From: Myxococcota bacterium
GTDB lineage: Bacteria > Myxococcota_A > Polyangia > Polyangiales > Sandaracinaceae
DNA: 22,552 nucleotides
Assembly: GCA_036149055.1 (NCBI GenBank)
Contig: JAYZQJ010000166.1
Span: 1 to 22,552, forward strand
Direction of reading: 5' to 3'
A model generated the notes under the pieces. That model ran no database searches. It had not been told where the DNA came from and saw only the letters and a list, made by a program, of their open reading frames with translations. Made by a program: the position numbers and the translations under genes. Below are positions 7,960-16,768 of this stretch, in pieces; position 1 is the first letter of the stretch, and the number at the start of each line of letters is the position of its first letter.

Positions 7960-8850
7960 ATGCGACCCGCTCCCGCCCTCCCCCGCTGGCTCCGCGCGGA
8001 GCTCCCCTACGCGCGGCGCGCCGTCGAGCTCGACGGCCAGACGGTCACCTTCGTCGATCACGGCCCCGAAGACGCGCGCCCGGTGCTCCTGGTGCACGGC
8101 AACCCGACCTGGAGCTACCTCTGGCGCAAGGTGATCGGGGAGCTCGCCGGTCACCGGCTCCGCCTGATCGCGCCCGACCTGCTCGGCTTCGGCACCAGCG
8201 ACAAGCCCCGGCGCGCGTCGGCCCATCAGCTCGAGATGCACATCTCCACCGTCGCCCGGCTCATGGAGGCGCTCGGCGCGGAGGACTTCGTCGCCGTCGG
8301 TCAGGACTGGGGCGGACCGATCGCGTGTGGGGTCGGCGAGCGGCTCGGCGCCGCGGGCCTCGTGCTCGGCAACACGGCCGTGCTGAAGCCGGCGCGGCCC
8401 TTCCGACCGAAGGGCTTCCACCGCTTCAGCCACATGCCGCTGGTGAGCGACGCGGTGTTCCGCGGGACCCTCTTCCCGGTCCCGGTGATGGATCGCGTGC
8501 AGGGCGACCGCGCCTCGATCGGCCTGAAGGAGAAGCTCGCCTACGCCTGGCCGTTTCTCGGCCCGCTCGACCGCGCCGGCGCGCTCGGCCTCGCCCGCAT
8601 GGTGCCGAACGGCGAAGGCCACCCGAGCACCCCGACCATGGACCGGATCGGCGCGTGGGTGGAGTCGTTCGAGGGCCCGGCGGCGCTGGTCTGGGCCCGG
8701 CGCGACCCGATCCTCGGCCGCGGCCTCCGCCGACACCACGAGGCCCTCCCGCAGGCGACGGTCCGCGAGTGCGACGCCGGGCACTTCTCCCAGGAGGAGG
8801 TGCCCGAGTTCTGGGCGGCCGCGATCGAAGAGGTCGTCAGCGGTCTCTGA
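7960..8850 (+). CDS. Alpha/beta hydrolase, haloalkane dehalogenase/OleB-like
   Basis: LLVHGNPTWSYLWRK, IAPDLLGFGTSDKP, GQDWGGPI (Asp nucleophile plus Trp), WARRDP and AGHFSQEE. Confidence 0.88.
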   Translation: MRPAPALPRWLRAELPYARRAVELDGQTVTFVDHGPEDARPVLLVHGNPTWSYLWRKVIGELAGHRLRLIAPDLLGFGTSDKPRRASAHQLEMHISTVARLMEALGAEDFVAVGQDWGGPIACGVGERLGAAGLVLGNTAVLKPARPFRPKGFHRFSHMPLVSDAVFRGTLFPVPVMDRVQGDRASIGLKEKLAYAWPFLGPLDRAGALGLARMVPNGEGHPSTPTMDRIGAWVESFEGPAALVWARRDPILGRGLRRHHEALPQATVRECDAGHFSQEEVPEFWAAAIEEVVSGL

Positions 8851-9625
8851 CCGCGGCGATGTCGGCGAGGCAGCGGTCGTCGAAGTCGGGCAGGGCGCCG
8901 CCGAGGAGCCGATCGCGGATGATGTCGATGCCGGCGCGGCCCTCGAACGCCCAGTACATGATGCACTGATCGCTGTCGTCGTGAGCCCCGCGCTCCTCGT
9001 CCTTGTGGTCGGCGACCATCGGGAGCCCGTTGTCGACCAGGCCGATGGTGTGTCCGACCTCGTGCAGCCAGACCAGGTACTGGGCCTGCGCGCAGACCTC
9101 GGCGCCGAGCACCGGGCCGCCGCGGCAGCTGCCCTCGATGGTGTCGTGATACATGGCGACGTGGGTGTTCGCCCAGGCGAGGCCGAGCACCGCGCCGTCG
9201 GGGCCGTCCCGGTCGTCGTGCCCGTCGAGCCACATCACGTGCATCGACACCGTGCCCTCGGGCTGGTCGTCGTCGAACGTCTCGTCGGCGAGCGCCGCCA
9301 GCTCGTCGAAGGTCCAGCCGTAATCGGCGCCGCGCGAGGGGATCACGTCGTCGAGCACGATCTCGACGCCGCCGGGCTTGTCGAGCAGGGTCGAGAGCCG
9401 GGCCACGAGGTCGGCCTGCGCCGCCTCCCGCGGGAGGGCGCCCTCCACGTAGTCGAGCTCGATCACGAGCCGCGGGTCGGGATCGGCGCGGAGGTAGCGC
9501 TCGATGCGCGGGGTGGCCATGGAGGTCCCGCCGCCGTCGCGACCGGGCGGGGTCCCGCCGTCGTCGCCCCCGCACGAGGCGAGCCCGACCAGGAGGAGGA
9601 GAAGCAGAGGGGAAGCGCGTCGCAT
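8837..9625 (-). CDS. Lipoprotein zinc metalloprotease (metzincin-like)
   Basis: MRRASPLLLLLLVGLAS-C lipobox; HEVGHTIGL zinc motif; AHDDSDQCIMYW Met-turn-like segment; ATG at 9625. Confidence 0.82.
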   Translation of the reverse strand: MRRASPLLLLLLVGLASCGGDDGGTPPGRDGGGTSMATPRIERYLRADPDPRLVIELDYVEGALPREAAQADLVARLSTLLDKPGGVEIVLDDVIPSRGADYGWTFDELAALADETFDDDQPEGTVSMHVMWLDGHDDRDGPDGAVLGLAWANTHVAMYHDTIEGSCRGGPVLGAEVCAQAQYLVWLHEVGHTIGLVDNGLPMVADHKDEERGAHDDSDQCIMYWAFEGRAGIDIIRDRLLGGALPDFDDRCLADIAAVRDR

Positions 9626-9692
9626 GATCACGGGATCGCGGCGCGACCGGCTTTTGTCAAACATCGCGGGATGCTCCACGATCCGCCGACGA
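9626..9692. promoter_or_regulatory. Divergent promoter region with overlapping -35 hexamers on the palindrome TTTG-T-CAAA
   Basis: Plus strand: TTGTCA (9654-9659)-N17-CACGAT (9677-9682). Minus strand: TTGACA (9660-9655)-N17-GATCCC-N6-ATG 9625, with a weak -10. Confidence 0.45.
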
Positions 9693-11693
9693 ATGCCCTC
9701 CGTGGAAGAGATGCTCGACACCCTCGAGGCGGCCGGCCTGGACGCCTCCGCGGTCGAGCGGCTCACCCAGCTCGACCCGCCCACCCTCGAGCAGGGTCCT
9801 CGCTCGACCATCGTCCCCTCGGACCTGATGGACAGCGCGAGCCGCCGCGCGATCGGCGCGCTCTCGGATCTGACCGGCTCCAGCGCGAGCGACCCGCTCG
9901 AGCTCCACGGGACGCTCGGCGAGGGCGGCATGGGCATCGTGCGGCTCGCCGTCCAGCGCAGCCTCGGCCGCGAGGTCGCGGTCAAGACGCTCAAGGACGA
10001 GCACAAGAACGACCACAGCACCTTGAAGCTGCTGCGCGAGGCGTGGGTCACCGGGACGCTCGAGCACCCCAACGTGGTGCCGGTCTACGACATCGCGCTC
10101 GACGCCGACGGCGCGCCGATCATCGTGCTGAAGAAGATCGAGGGCGACGCGTGGGAGAGCCTGATCCACGACCCGGCGGCCATCGAGCGGCGCTTCGGCG
10201 AGACCGATCGGCTCGAGTGGAACCTCCGCACCTTCATGCAGGTGTGCAACGCGGTCCGCTTCGCCCACAGCCGCGGCGTGCTGCACCGCGATCTGAAGCC
10301 CGAGAACGTGATGATCGGCTCGTTCGGAGAGGTCTACCTCGTCGACTGGGGCATCGCGGTCAGCCTGAAGGACGACGGGACCGGGCGGCTCCCGCTCGCC
10401 AAGGACGCGACCGATCTCGCGGGCACGCCGGCCTACATGGCGCCGGAGATGCTGGGCGGGAGGCAGGTCCGCCTCAGCGAGCGCACCGACGTGTACCTCC
10501 TCGGCGCGATCCTCTACGAGATCATCGCTGGCCGGCCGCCGCACCGGGGCGAGAGCCTGATGGAGATGGTCGCCGACATCGTCGACTCGAACCCCGAGCT
10601 GCCCGAGGGCACGCCGGGGGAGCTCGAGCGCATCGTGCGGCGCGCGATGGACGCCGATCCGGACGCGCGCTTCGAGAACGCCGAGCAGGTGCGGCTCGCG
10701 GTGCAGGCGTTCCTGCAGCACCGTGACGCGGCCCGGCTCGCCGATCGCGCGGCCGAGCGTCTCGACGAGCTGCTCGAGGCCCTCGCCGCCCACGAGGGGC
10801 ACGCCGACGCCCTCGAGGCGCGCGAGCCGATCTATCACCTGTTCGGCGAGTGCCGCTTCGGCTTCCGGCACGCGCTCGAGGTCTGGCCGGGCAACGAGGA
10901 CGCGCGCGAGCGGCTCGACCGCGCGATCGCGGCGATGGTCGAGTACGAGCTGGCCCAGGGGGAGCCCGAGGCGGCGCGGGCGCTGCTCGGGGAGATGGAG
11001 CGCGTGCCCGAGGCGCTGGCCGCCCGGGTGGAGGCGATGCGGCGGTCCCGCGCGGCGGAGGACGCCCGGCTCCGCGCCCTCGACGATCAGCTCGACCCGA
11101 TGGCCGGCCGGCGCACCCGCGGCTTCGTGGCCTTCGTGGTCGGCGCGTTCTGGACGGTCGTCCCCATCGTCTCGCACTTCGGCATGGAGGCGACGGGCGT
11201 CCGGCCCTCGCCGACCTGGAACCTGGCCGTCTCGGCCGGGCTGACCCTCTTCTTCGTCTCGCTCGCGGTCTGGGCCCGCGAGTCGATGATGCGCACCGCG
11301 ATCAACCGCCGCGTGGCCGTCGCCGGGGGCCTCGGCGTGATCAGCCAGGTGGCGATCAGCGTGGTCGGCGCGATCTACGATCACGACATCTACGTGTCGA
11401 TGCACCAGCTCTTCCTGGGCTGGGCGATGCTCACCGCGATGCTGGCGGCGGCGATCGACTGGCGCCTGCTGGCGGCCGCCACCGGCTACTTCCTCTGCTA
11501 CCTCGTGACGCCCGCGGTCGGCATCGACAACACCCTGCTCGTCATGGCGGCGGGCAACTTCGTCCTGATGATCAACGCGGTCACGATCTGGGTCCGCCTC
11601 GACGAGGATCTCGCGGCGGCGCGGGCGGGGCGTGCGGCCCGACGCGCGAGGCACCGCGAGTGGCTGGAGTCGCGCTTCGGGCGAAAGCGGTGA
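9693..11693 (+). CDS. Ser/Thr protein kinase with a C-terminal multi-pass membrane domain
   Basis: LGEGGMGIV, VAVKTL, HRDLKPEN, LVDWG, GTPAYMAPE and TDVYLLG motifs; helical linker, then about 6 hydrophobic helices. Start is ATG 9693 (alternative 9711). Confidence 0.93.
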   Translation: MPSVEEMLDTLEAAGLDASAVERLTQLDPPTLEQGPRSTIVPSDLMDSASRRAIGALSDLTGSSASDPLELHGTLGEGGMGIVRLAVQRSLGREVAVKTLKDEHKNDHSTLKLLREAWVTGTLEHPNVVPVYDIALDADGAPIIVLKKIEGDAWESLIHDPAAIERRFGETDRLEWNLRTFMQVCNAVRFAHSRGVLHRDLKPENVMIGSFGEVYLVDWGIAVSLKDDGTGRLPLAKDATDLAGTPAYMAPEMLGGRQVRLSERTDVYLLGAILYEIIAGRPPHRGESLMEMVADIVDSNPELPEGTPGELERIVRRAMDADPDARFENAEQVRLAVQAFLQHRDAARLADRAAERLDELLEALAAHEGHADALEAREPIYHLFGECRFGFRHALEVWPGNEDARERLDRAIAAMVEYELAQGEPEAARALLGEMERVPEALAARVEAMRRSRAAEDARLRALDDQLDPMAGRRTRGFVAFVVGAFWTVVPIVSHFGMEATGVRPSPTWNLAVSAGLTLFFVSLAVWARESMMRTAINRRVAVAGGLGVISQVAISVVGAIYDHDIYVSMHQLFLGWAMLTAMLAAAIDWRLLAAATGYFLCYLVTPAVGIDNTLLVMAAGNFVLMINAVTIWVRLDEDLAAARAGRAARRARHREWLESRFGRKR

Positions 11694-12565
11694 CCGAGCG
11701 CGGGCGGCTCGTGCCGCTGGCCCTCGCGGGCGCGATCGTCAGCATCTCCTTCGCCGCGATCTTCTTCCGGCTCGCCGCGCCCACCCACCCGCTGATCGTC
11801 GCGGGCACCCGGCTCGTCATCGCCTCGGCGCTCCTCGCCCCGTTCGTGCTGCGGGCGTGGCGGCGCGGCCGCCTCCCCTCGCGCGTCCTCCAGCGCGCGG
11901 TGATCTGCGGGCTCCTCTACGCGGTGCACTTCGGCACCTGGGTCACGTCGCTCACCCTGACGTCGGTCGCGTCGAGCGTGACGCTGGTGACGGCCACCCC
12001 GCTCCTGCTCGCGCTGCTCTCGTTCGCCACCGGCCGCGATCACCCCGAGCGGCGCCACTGGATCTCGATCGGGCTGGCGCTCGTCGGGCTGAGCTTCATC
12101 GGCTGGGCGGATCTGTCGCTCTCGGCGGACGCGCTCCTCGGCGACGGCCTCGCGCTCGCGGGCGCGGCGGCGATGGCGTTCTACCTGCTCCTCGTCCGCG
12201 GGCTCGGCGAGGACCTCGACGTGCTCGGGTTCGGGGGCGTGGCGACCGCGGTCGGCGGCGCGGCGCTCTTCGCGGCCGCGCTGGCGCTCGGCGTCCCGAT
12301 CGCGTGGGCCTCGCCGGCCTCCCTCGGGTGGATCGCGATGTCGGCGCTCGTGCCTCAGCTCATCGGGCACAACCTGTTGACGTGGTCGCTCCGGCACGCG
12401 AAGCCCACCGCGGTCGGCATCGCCACCGTCGGCGAGCCGGTCGGCGCGACCTTCCTCGCCTGGGCATGGCTCGGCGAGCGCCTCGGCCCGGTGGTCGCGG
12501 TGGGCTGCGCGATCACGCTCGCGGCGGTGATCCTCTCGCTCCGCCGTCGCCCCGCGCCGGTGTAA
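11690..12565 (+). CDS. DMT superfamily EamA/RhaT transporter
   Basis: About 10 TM segments; SISFAAIF, SLTLTSVASSVTLV, LLGDGLAL, PQLIGH and EPVGATFLAWAWLGE motifs; GTGA overlap with the kinase stop. Confidence 0.92.
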   Translation: MTERGRLVPLALAGAIVSISFAAIFFRLAAPTHPLIVAGTRLVIASALLAPFVLRAWRRGRLPSRVLQRAVICGLLYAVHFGTWVTSLTLTSVASSVTLVTATPLLLALLSFATGRDHPERRHWISIGLALVGLSFIGWADLSLSADALLGDGLALAGAAAMAFYLLLVRGLGEDLDVLGFGGVATAVGGAALFAAALALGVPIAWASPASLGWIAMSALVPQLIGHNLLTWSLRHAKPTAVGIATVGEPVGATFLAWAWLGERLGPVVAVGCAITLAAVILSLRRRPAPV

Positions 12566-12598
12566 GGGCTTCACCCGACGCAGGGTCGCCCCGGCGCG

Positions 12599-12613
12599 TG
12601 GCACGCTCCGGGC
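12599..12613 (+). promoter_or_regulatory. Possible sigma54-type -24/-12 promoter
   Basis: TGGCACG-ctcc-ggGC: perfect -24 element and GG-N10-GC spacing, but it lacks the TT of TTGC. Confidence 0.35.
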
Positions 12614-12634
12614 GTTCGGCACGGGAGTAGGGGC

Positions 12635-12880
12635 ATGGTGGAGATCGACTGGGGCGACGTCGGCCCCTCCGCGACTCAGCGCGCGCGCATCGAGAGGGCG
12701 GTGGATCGGATCGCGATCCAGGGCCCGGTGATCGGGCTGCGGCGTCGCGGGAACGGCTACGAGGCGCGGGTCGAGACGGGCTGCTCGCCGGCGGAGCTGC
12801 GCCTGCACGACGACGACCTCTCCAGCGTCGTCGATCGCGCGATGGCGCTGCTCGAGATCGTCGAGCGCGGATCCGGCTGA
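12635..12880 (+). CDS. Small hypothetical protein (81 aa), possibly a degenerate HPF/RaiA-like fold
   Basis: GGAG-containing RBS upstream; coding-like codon usage; DDLSSVVDRAMALLE resembles the HPF C-terminal helix pattern. Confidence 0.65.
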   Translation: MVEIDWGDVGPSATQRARIERAVDRIAIQGPVIGLRRRGNGYEARVETGCSPAELRLHDDDLSSVVDRAMALLEIVERGSG

Positions 12881-12907
12881 CCGCCTGCGATAAGCTGTCG
12901 ACTCCAG

Positions 12908-15715
12908 GTGGACGCTCCCCGCAGCCGAGAGTCCGGCGGCACGCTCGCACGGCGCACGCTCGTTCGGATCGCGATCCGGGTGGGGCTGGTGATCGCCGTC
13001 GTCACGCTGCTGGCGTACCAGCACATGGTCTCCAACCTGGAGGAGCAGGCGCTCGCCCAGCTGGAGAGCTACGTGCGAGAGCGCGGCCGCCACGAGCGAG
13101 AGCTCCTCGCGCGCGCCGAGCGCACCCAGGCCCGGGTCCGGCGCGAGCTGATCGCGCGGCTGGCGGAGACCGATCCGGCGGCGTTCGACGCGCGCTTCAC
13201 CCGCCACGACGACGGCGTCGTGCGCAACCGGCCGGAGGCGCTCGACGGAGCCCGGCACGCGCAGGTCTGGGCCGGGCGCGACGCCGAGCTCGACGCCTCG
13301 CTGCGGCGGCGGCTCGTGGCGGCCCACGCGGTGGTCGAGCGGCTCGGCCCCGGGGTCGAGGCGCCGTTCATCAACCTCTACGTCTCGTTCCCGGAGAACG
13401 CGCTCGCCTACTGGTGGCCCACCGCGCCGGACTGGTCGACCCGGGTGGACCCGGCGCTCGACATCCGCGGCGAGGAGTACGTGCGCGTCGCCACCCCCGA
13501 GGCGAACCCGGAGCGCCGCCCGGTGTGGACGGGCGTCTATCGCGACCGCTACGGGCCCTGGATGGTCTCGTGCGAGACCCCGGTGGACGTGGACGGCAGG
13601 CACGTGGCCACCGTCGGGCAGGACCTGACCCTCGACGCGCTGCTCGAGCGCACCCGGACCGAGCGCCTGCCGGGGACCCACAACCTGCTCTTTCGCGGGG
13701 ACGGCCGCCTGATCGCGCACCCCCGGCTCTACGCCGAAGGAGACGCGCGCGATCTCCAGATCGGCGAGCTCGACGACGCGGGCCTCCAGGAGACCCTGCG
13801 CCTCGCGCGCGCGCTGCCCGAGGGCGAGCACCTGGCCTTCAACGAGGTCGACGAGGTCTGGCTCGGCGTGAGCCACGTCGAGGGCCCCGACTGGTTCTGG
13901 GTCGTGGTCTACCCGAAGTCGCTGGTGGCCGAGCGCGCCGCGGGGACGGCCTGGGTGATCCTGCTCCTCGGGCTCCTGTCGCTGCTCGTCGAGATCCTGA
14001 TCTTCTACCTGGTGCTCCGCCGCGACGTCGCCGAGCCGCTCGAGGCGCTCACCGTCGCGACCGAGGCGATGGCGCGGGGGGAGCGCGACGCGCCGCTGCC
14101 GGTCGGCCGGCCCGACGAGCTCGGCCGGCTCGCCTCGGCCTTCGAGCGCATGCGCGACGCGGTGACGCGCAAGGCGGACGAGCTCACCGAGGAGGCGCGC
14201 GCCCGAGAGGAGAGCGAGCGGCGCCTGCTCGCCATCCTGGAGCAGACCCCGGCGGTGGTCTTCATCAAGGACGTGGACGGGCGCTACACGCTGGTGAACC
14301 AGCGCTTCCGCGAGCTGCTCGGCCGCCCGGCCGCGGGGCTGACCGACCACGACTTCCTCCCGCCCGAGGTGGCCGACGCGATGCGCGAGAACGATCGCCA
14401 GGTGATCGAGGGCGGCGTGGCCATCCAGTTCGAGGAGCGCGTGCCGGTCGACGGGATCGAGCGCGTCTACGTCACCGTCAAGTTCCCGATCACCGACTCG
14501 GACGGAGAGCCGCTCGGCGTCTGCGGCATCGCGACCGACGTCACGCAGCGCAAGGAGCTCGAGGAGCAGCTGCGCCACTCGCAGAAGATGGACGCGCTCG
14601 GTCAGCTCGCGGGGGGCGTGGCCCACGACTTCAACAACCTGCTCACGGTCATCCTCGCGCAGTCCGACCTGCTGAAGCGCTCGCTGAAGGACTCGCCCGA
14701 TCTGGCGGCGGACGTGGACCTGGTGCTCGACGCCGGCGAGCGGGCCCGGGTGCTGACGCGCCAGCTCCTCGCCTTCTCTCGCCGCGAGCTCTACGACGCG
14801 CAGGTCTTCGACGCGCGCACGGTGCTCGACGAGCTGCGCGCGCTGCTGCGCCGGTTGATCCCCGCGAACATCTCCGTCCAGCTGGACCTCGGCGACACGC
14901 CGCTGCACGTGCGCGCCGACCGCGGGCAGATCGAGCAGGCGATCCTGAACCTCGCGACCAACGCGCGCGACGCGATGCCGGACGGCGGAGAGCTGCGCCT
15001 CGCCGCGTCGAAGGTGACGGTCGAGGAGGACGACGAGCGAGGCGCGGAGCCCGGCGAGCACGTGAGCCTCCGGGTCAGCGACACCGGGATCGGCATGGAC
15101 GAGGTGACCCGGCTGAAGGCGATGGAGCCCTTCTTCACCACCAAGGAGGGCTCCCGAGGGACCGGGCTCGGCCTCGCGATCGTGTACGGCATCGTCAAGC
15201 AGAGCGGGGGCGTGACCCACCTGCGGAGCCTGCCGGGCCAGGGGACCACGGTGGAGATCCTGCTCCCCGCGGTGCGCGAGGTCCCGGCCGGCGTGACCGA
15301 CAGCCAGCTCGAGTCCTACACCGAGGGGAGCGAGACGGTGCTGGTGCTCGAGGACTCGGAGCTGGTCGCGCGCGTCGCCCGCCGCACCCTGCGCTCGCGC
15401 GGCTACGAGGTGCTGATGGCCACGAGCGGCGAGGAGGCGATCGCGATCGCGGAGGCGCACGAAGGCGAGATCCACGCGCTCGTCTCCGACGTCATGCTGC
15501 CGGGCATGGACGGCCCCGCCGCGGCGGCGCGCATCCGCGAGCTCCGCCCGGGCATCGCCGTCCTCTTCATCACCGGCCACGTCGACGAGCGCACGCTGGA
15601 AGGTACCCTCGGCCCCGATGACGAGGTCCTCGAGAAGCCCTTCCGCCCCGCGACCCTGGCCTACCGTCTCCGCCGCGTGCTGGACGGCGAGCGAGGCGAG
15701 GGCGCCCAGCCCTGA
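12908..15715 (+). CDS. Hybrid sensor histidine kinase (TM-Cache-like-TM-HAMP-PAS-HisKA-HATPase-REC)
   Basis: PVWTGVYRD (dCache-like), DELGRLASAF (HAMP), VFIKDVDGRY (PAS), GGVAHDFNNLL (H-box), NLATNARDAM, PFFTTK, GTGLGL, and LVSDVMLPGMDG/LEKPF (REC). Confidence 0.95.
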   Translation: MDAPRSRESGGTLARRTLVRIAIRVGLVIAVVTLLAYQHMVSNLEEQALAQLESYVRERGRHERELLARAERTQARVRRELIARLAETDPAAFDARFTRHDDGVVRNRPEALDGARHAQVWAGRDAELDASLRRRLVAAHAVVERLGPGVEAPFINLYVSFPENALAYWWPTAPDWSTRVDPALDIRGEEYVRVATPEANPERRPVWTGVYRDRYGPWMVSCETPVDVDGRHVATVGQDLTLDALLERTRTERLPGTHNLLFRGDGRLIAHPRLYAEGDARDLQIGELDDAGLQETLRLARALPEGEHLAFNEVDEVWLGVSHVEGPDWFWVVVYPKSLVAERAAGTAWVILLLGLLSLLVEILIFYLVLRRDVAEPLEALTVATEAMARGERDAPLPVGRPDELGRLASAFERMRDAVTRKADELTEEARAREESERRLLAILEQTPAVVFIKDVDGRYTLVNQRFRELLGRPAAGLTDHDFLPPEVADAMRENDRQVIEGGVAIQFEERVPVDGIERVYVTVKFPITDSDGEPLGVCGIATDVTQRKELEEQLRHSQKMDALGQLAGGVAHDFNNLLTVILAQSDLLKRSLKDSPDLAADVDLVLDAGERARVLTRQLLAFSRRELYDAQVFDARTVLDELRALLRRLIPANISVQLDLGDTPLHVRADRGQIEQAILNLATNARDAMPDGGELRLAASKVTVEEDDERGAEPGEHVSLRVSDTGIGMDEVTRLKAMEPFFTTKEGSRGTGLGLAIVYGIVKQSGGVTHLRSLPGQGTTVEILLPAVREVPAGVTDSQLESYTEGSETVLVLEDSELVARVARRTLRSRGYEVLMATSGEEAIAIAEAHEGEIHALVSDVMLPGMDGPAAAARIRELRPGIAVLFITGHVDERTLEGTLGPDDEVLEKPFRPATLAYRLRRVLDGERGEGAQP

Positions 15716-15749
15716 CGAAACCTCGGCCGCCTCGACTCGAAGAGGGGGC

Positions 15750-16697
15750 ATGCGCATCCTCCCCCTCCTGCTCCTCCTCTCGACCGGCTGCGACCGCCTC
15801 TTCGCCGAGGACGCCCCACCCCCGGTCGCGCCCATCTCACCGCCGCAGGTCGTGATCGAGTCCGACGCCCCGCCCGGCAGCCACGTGTTCGTCGACGGCG
15901 CGGATCGCGGCTCCGTCGATCGGCCCGTCACCGTCGAGCTCGCCCCGGGATCCCACGCCTTCGAGCTGCGACGCGACGATCGGATCCTCGCGCGCGTCGA
16001 GCGCAGCGTCGCCAGCGGAGAGACGGTGACGGTGCGGCTCGATCCTCCACGGGACCAGGCGCCCGCTGCGGCCGGAGCGCCCGCAGCCGCACCGGCGGCG
16101 GGGTCGGCCGGCGTCACCCTCGGCGCCTTCACCCTCGAAGCGGGAGACCTCACCGAGGCCGCCGTGACCCGCACCTTTCGAGCACGGATCCGAGCCATCC
16201 AGAGGTGCTACGAGGACGCCCTCGAGGACGATCGAGCGCTGGACGGCGTGGGCGTGCTCCGGGTCGAGGTCGGGAGCAGCGGGACGGTGACTCGGGCAGA
16301 GTTCGCGCCCCCCGAGCCGGTCGGCGGCAGCTGCATCGAGCGCCTCACGCGGCGGATTCGCTTCGACGTCCGGACGCGCTCGGCGTTCACCCAGGAGATG
16401 CGCTTCGTGCGCCCCTCTGGCCCCAGCGCGGCGCCGACGAGCGCGACGCCCTCTCGCGGAGACGTCGTGGCGGCGATGCGCGCCGTCGAGCCCCTCGCGC
16501 AAGCGTGCGGCCGGGGCGGCGGCACGGTCCTCGTCCGCTTCACCTTCCGGGGCCACGACGGCCGCGTTGAGCGGGTCGAGGTGCCCGGCGACCTCCCCGA
16601 GGCCCGGCGCGCCTGCCTGGAGCGCGCCGGCCAGGCCGCGCGCGTGCCGCCGTTCACCCGGCCGAGCTTCGACGTCCGCTACCCCTTCCGGCTCTAG
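15750..16697 (+). CDS. Lipoprotein with a PEGA-like domain and two TonB-C/AgmX-like C-terminal domains
   Basis: MRILPLLLLLSTG-C lipobox; IESDAPPGSHVFVDG...LAPGSH (PEGA-like); IQRCYEDAL...VGSSGTV and GDVVAAM...VRYPF modules; ATG at 15750. Confidence 0.8.
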   Translation: MRILPLLLLLSTGCDRLFAEDAPPPVAPISPPQVVIESDAPPGSHVFVDGADRGSVDRPVTVELAPGSHAFELRRDDRILARVERSVASGETVTVRLDPPRDQAPAAAGAPAAAPAAGSAGVTLGAFTLEAGDLTEAAVTRTFRARIRAIQRCYEDALEDDRALDGVGVLRVEVGSSGTVTRAEFAPPEPVGGSCIERLTRRIRFDVRTRSAFTQEMRFVRPSGPSAAPTSATPSRGDVVAAMRAVEPLAQACGRGGGTVLVRFTFRGHDGRVERVEVPGDLPEARRACLERAGQAARVPPFTRPSFDVRYPFRL

Positions 16698-16768
16698 AGA
16701 GATGTCATTGACGCATCCTTTACGTCGGCCGCTCGCCGCTCGCGTCAGGGTGGAGGTGGGAGGCCGAG

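Noticed and set aside
11498..16198. 1566-aa minus-strand ORF and other long antisense ORFs (44-2002, 9657-11654, 16745-18985, 20481-22331)
   Set aside because: Shadow ORFs opposite or overlapping motif-supported genes; expected at very high GC and without recognisable domains.
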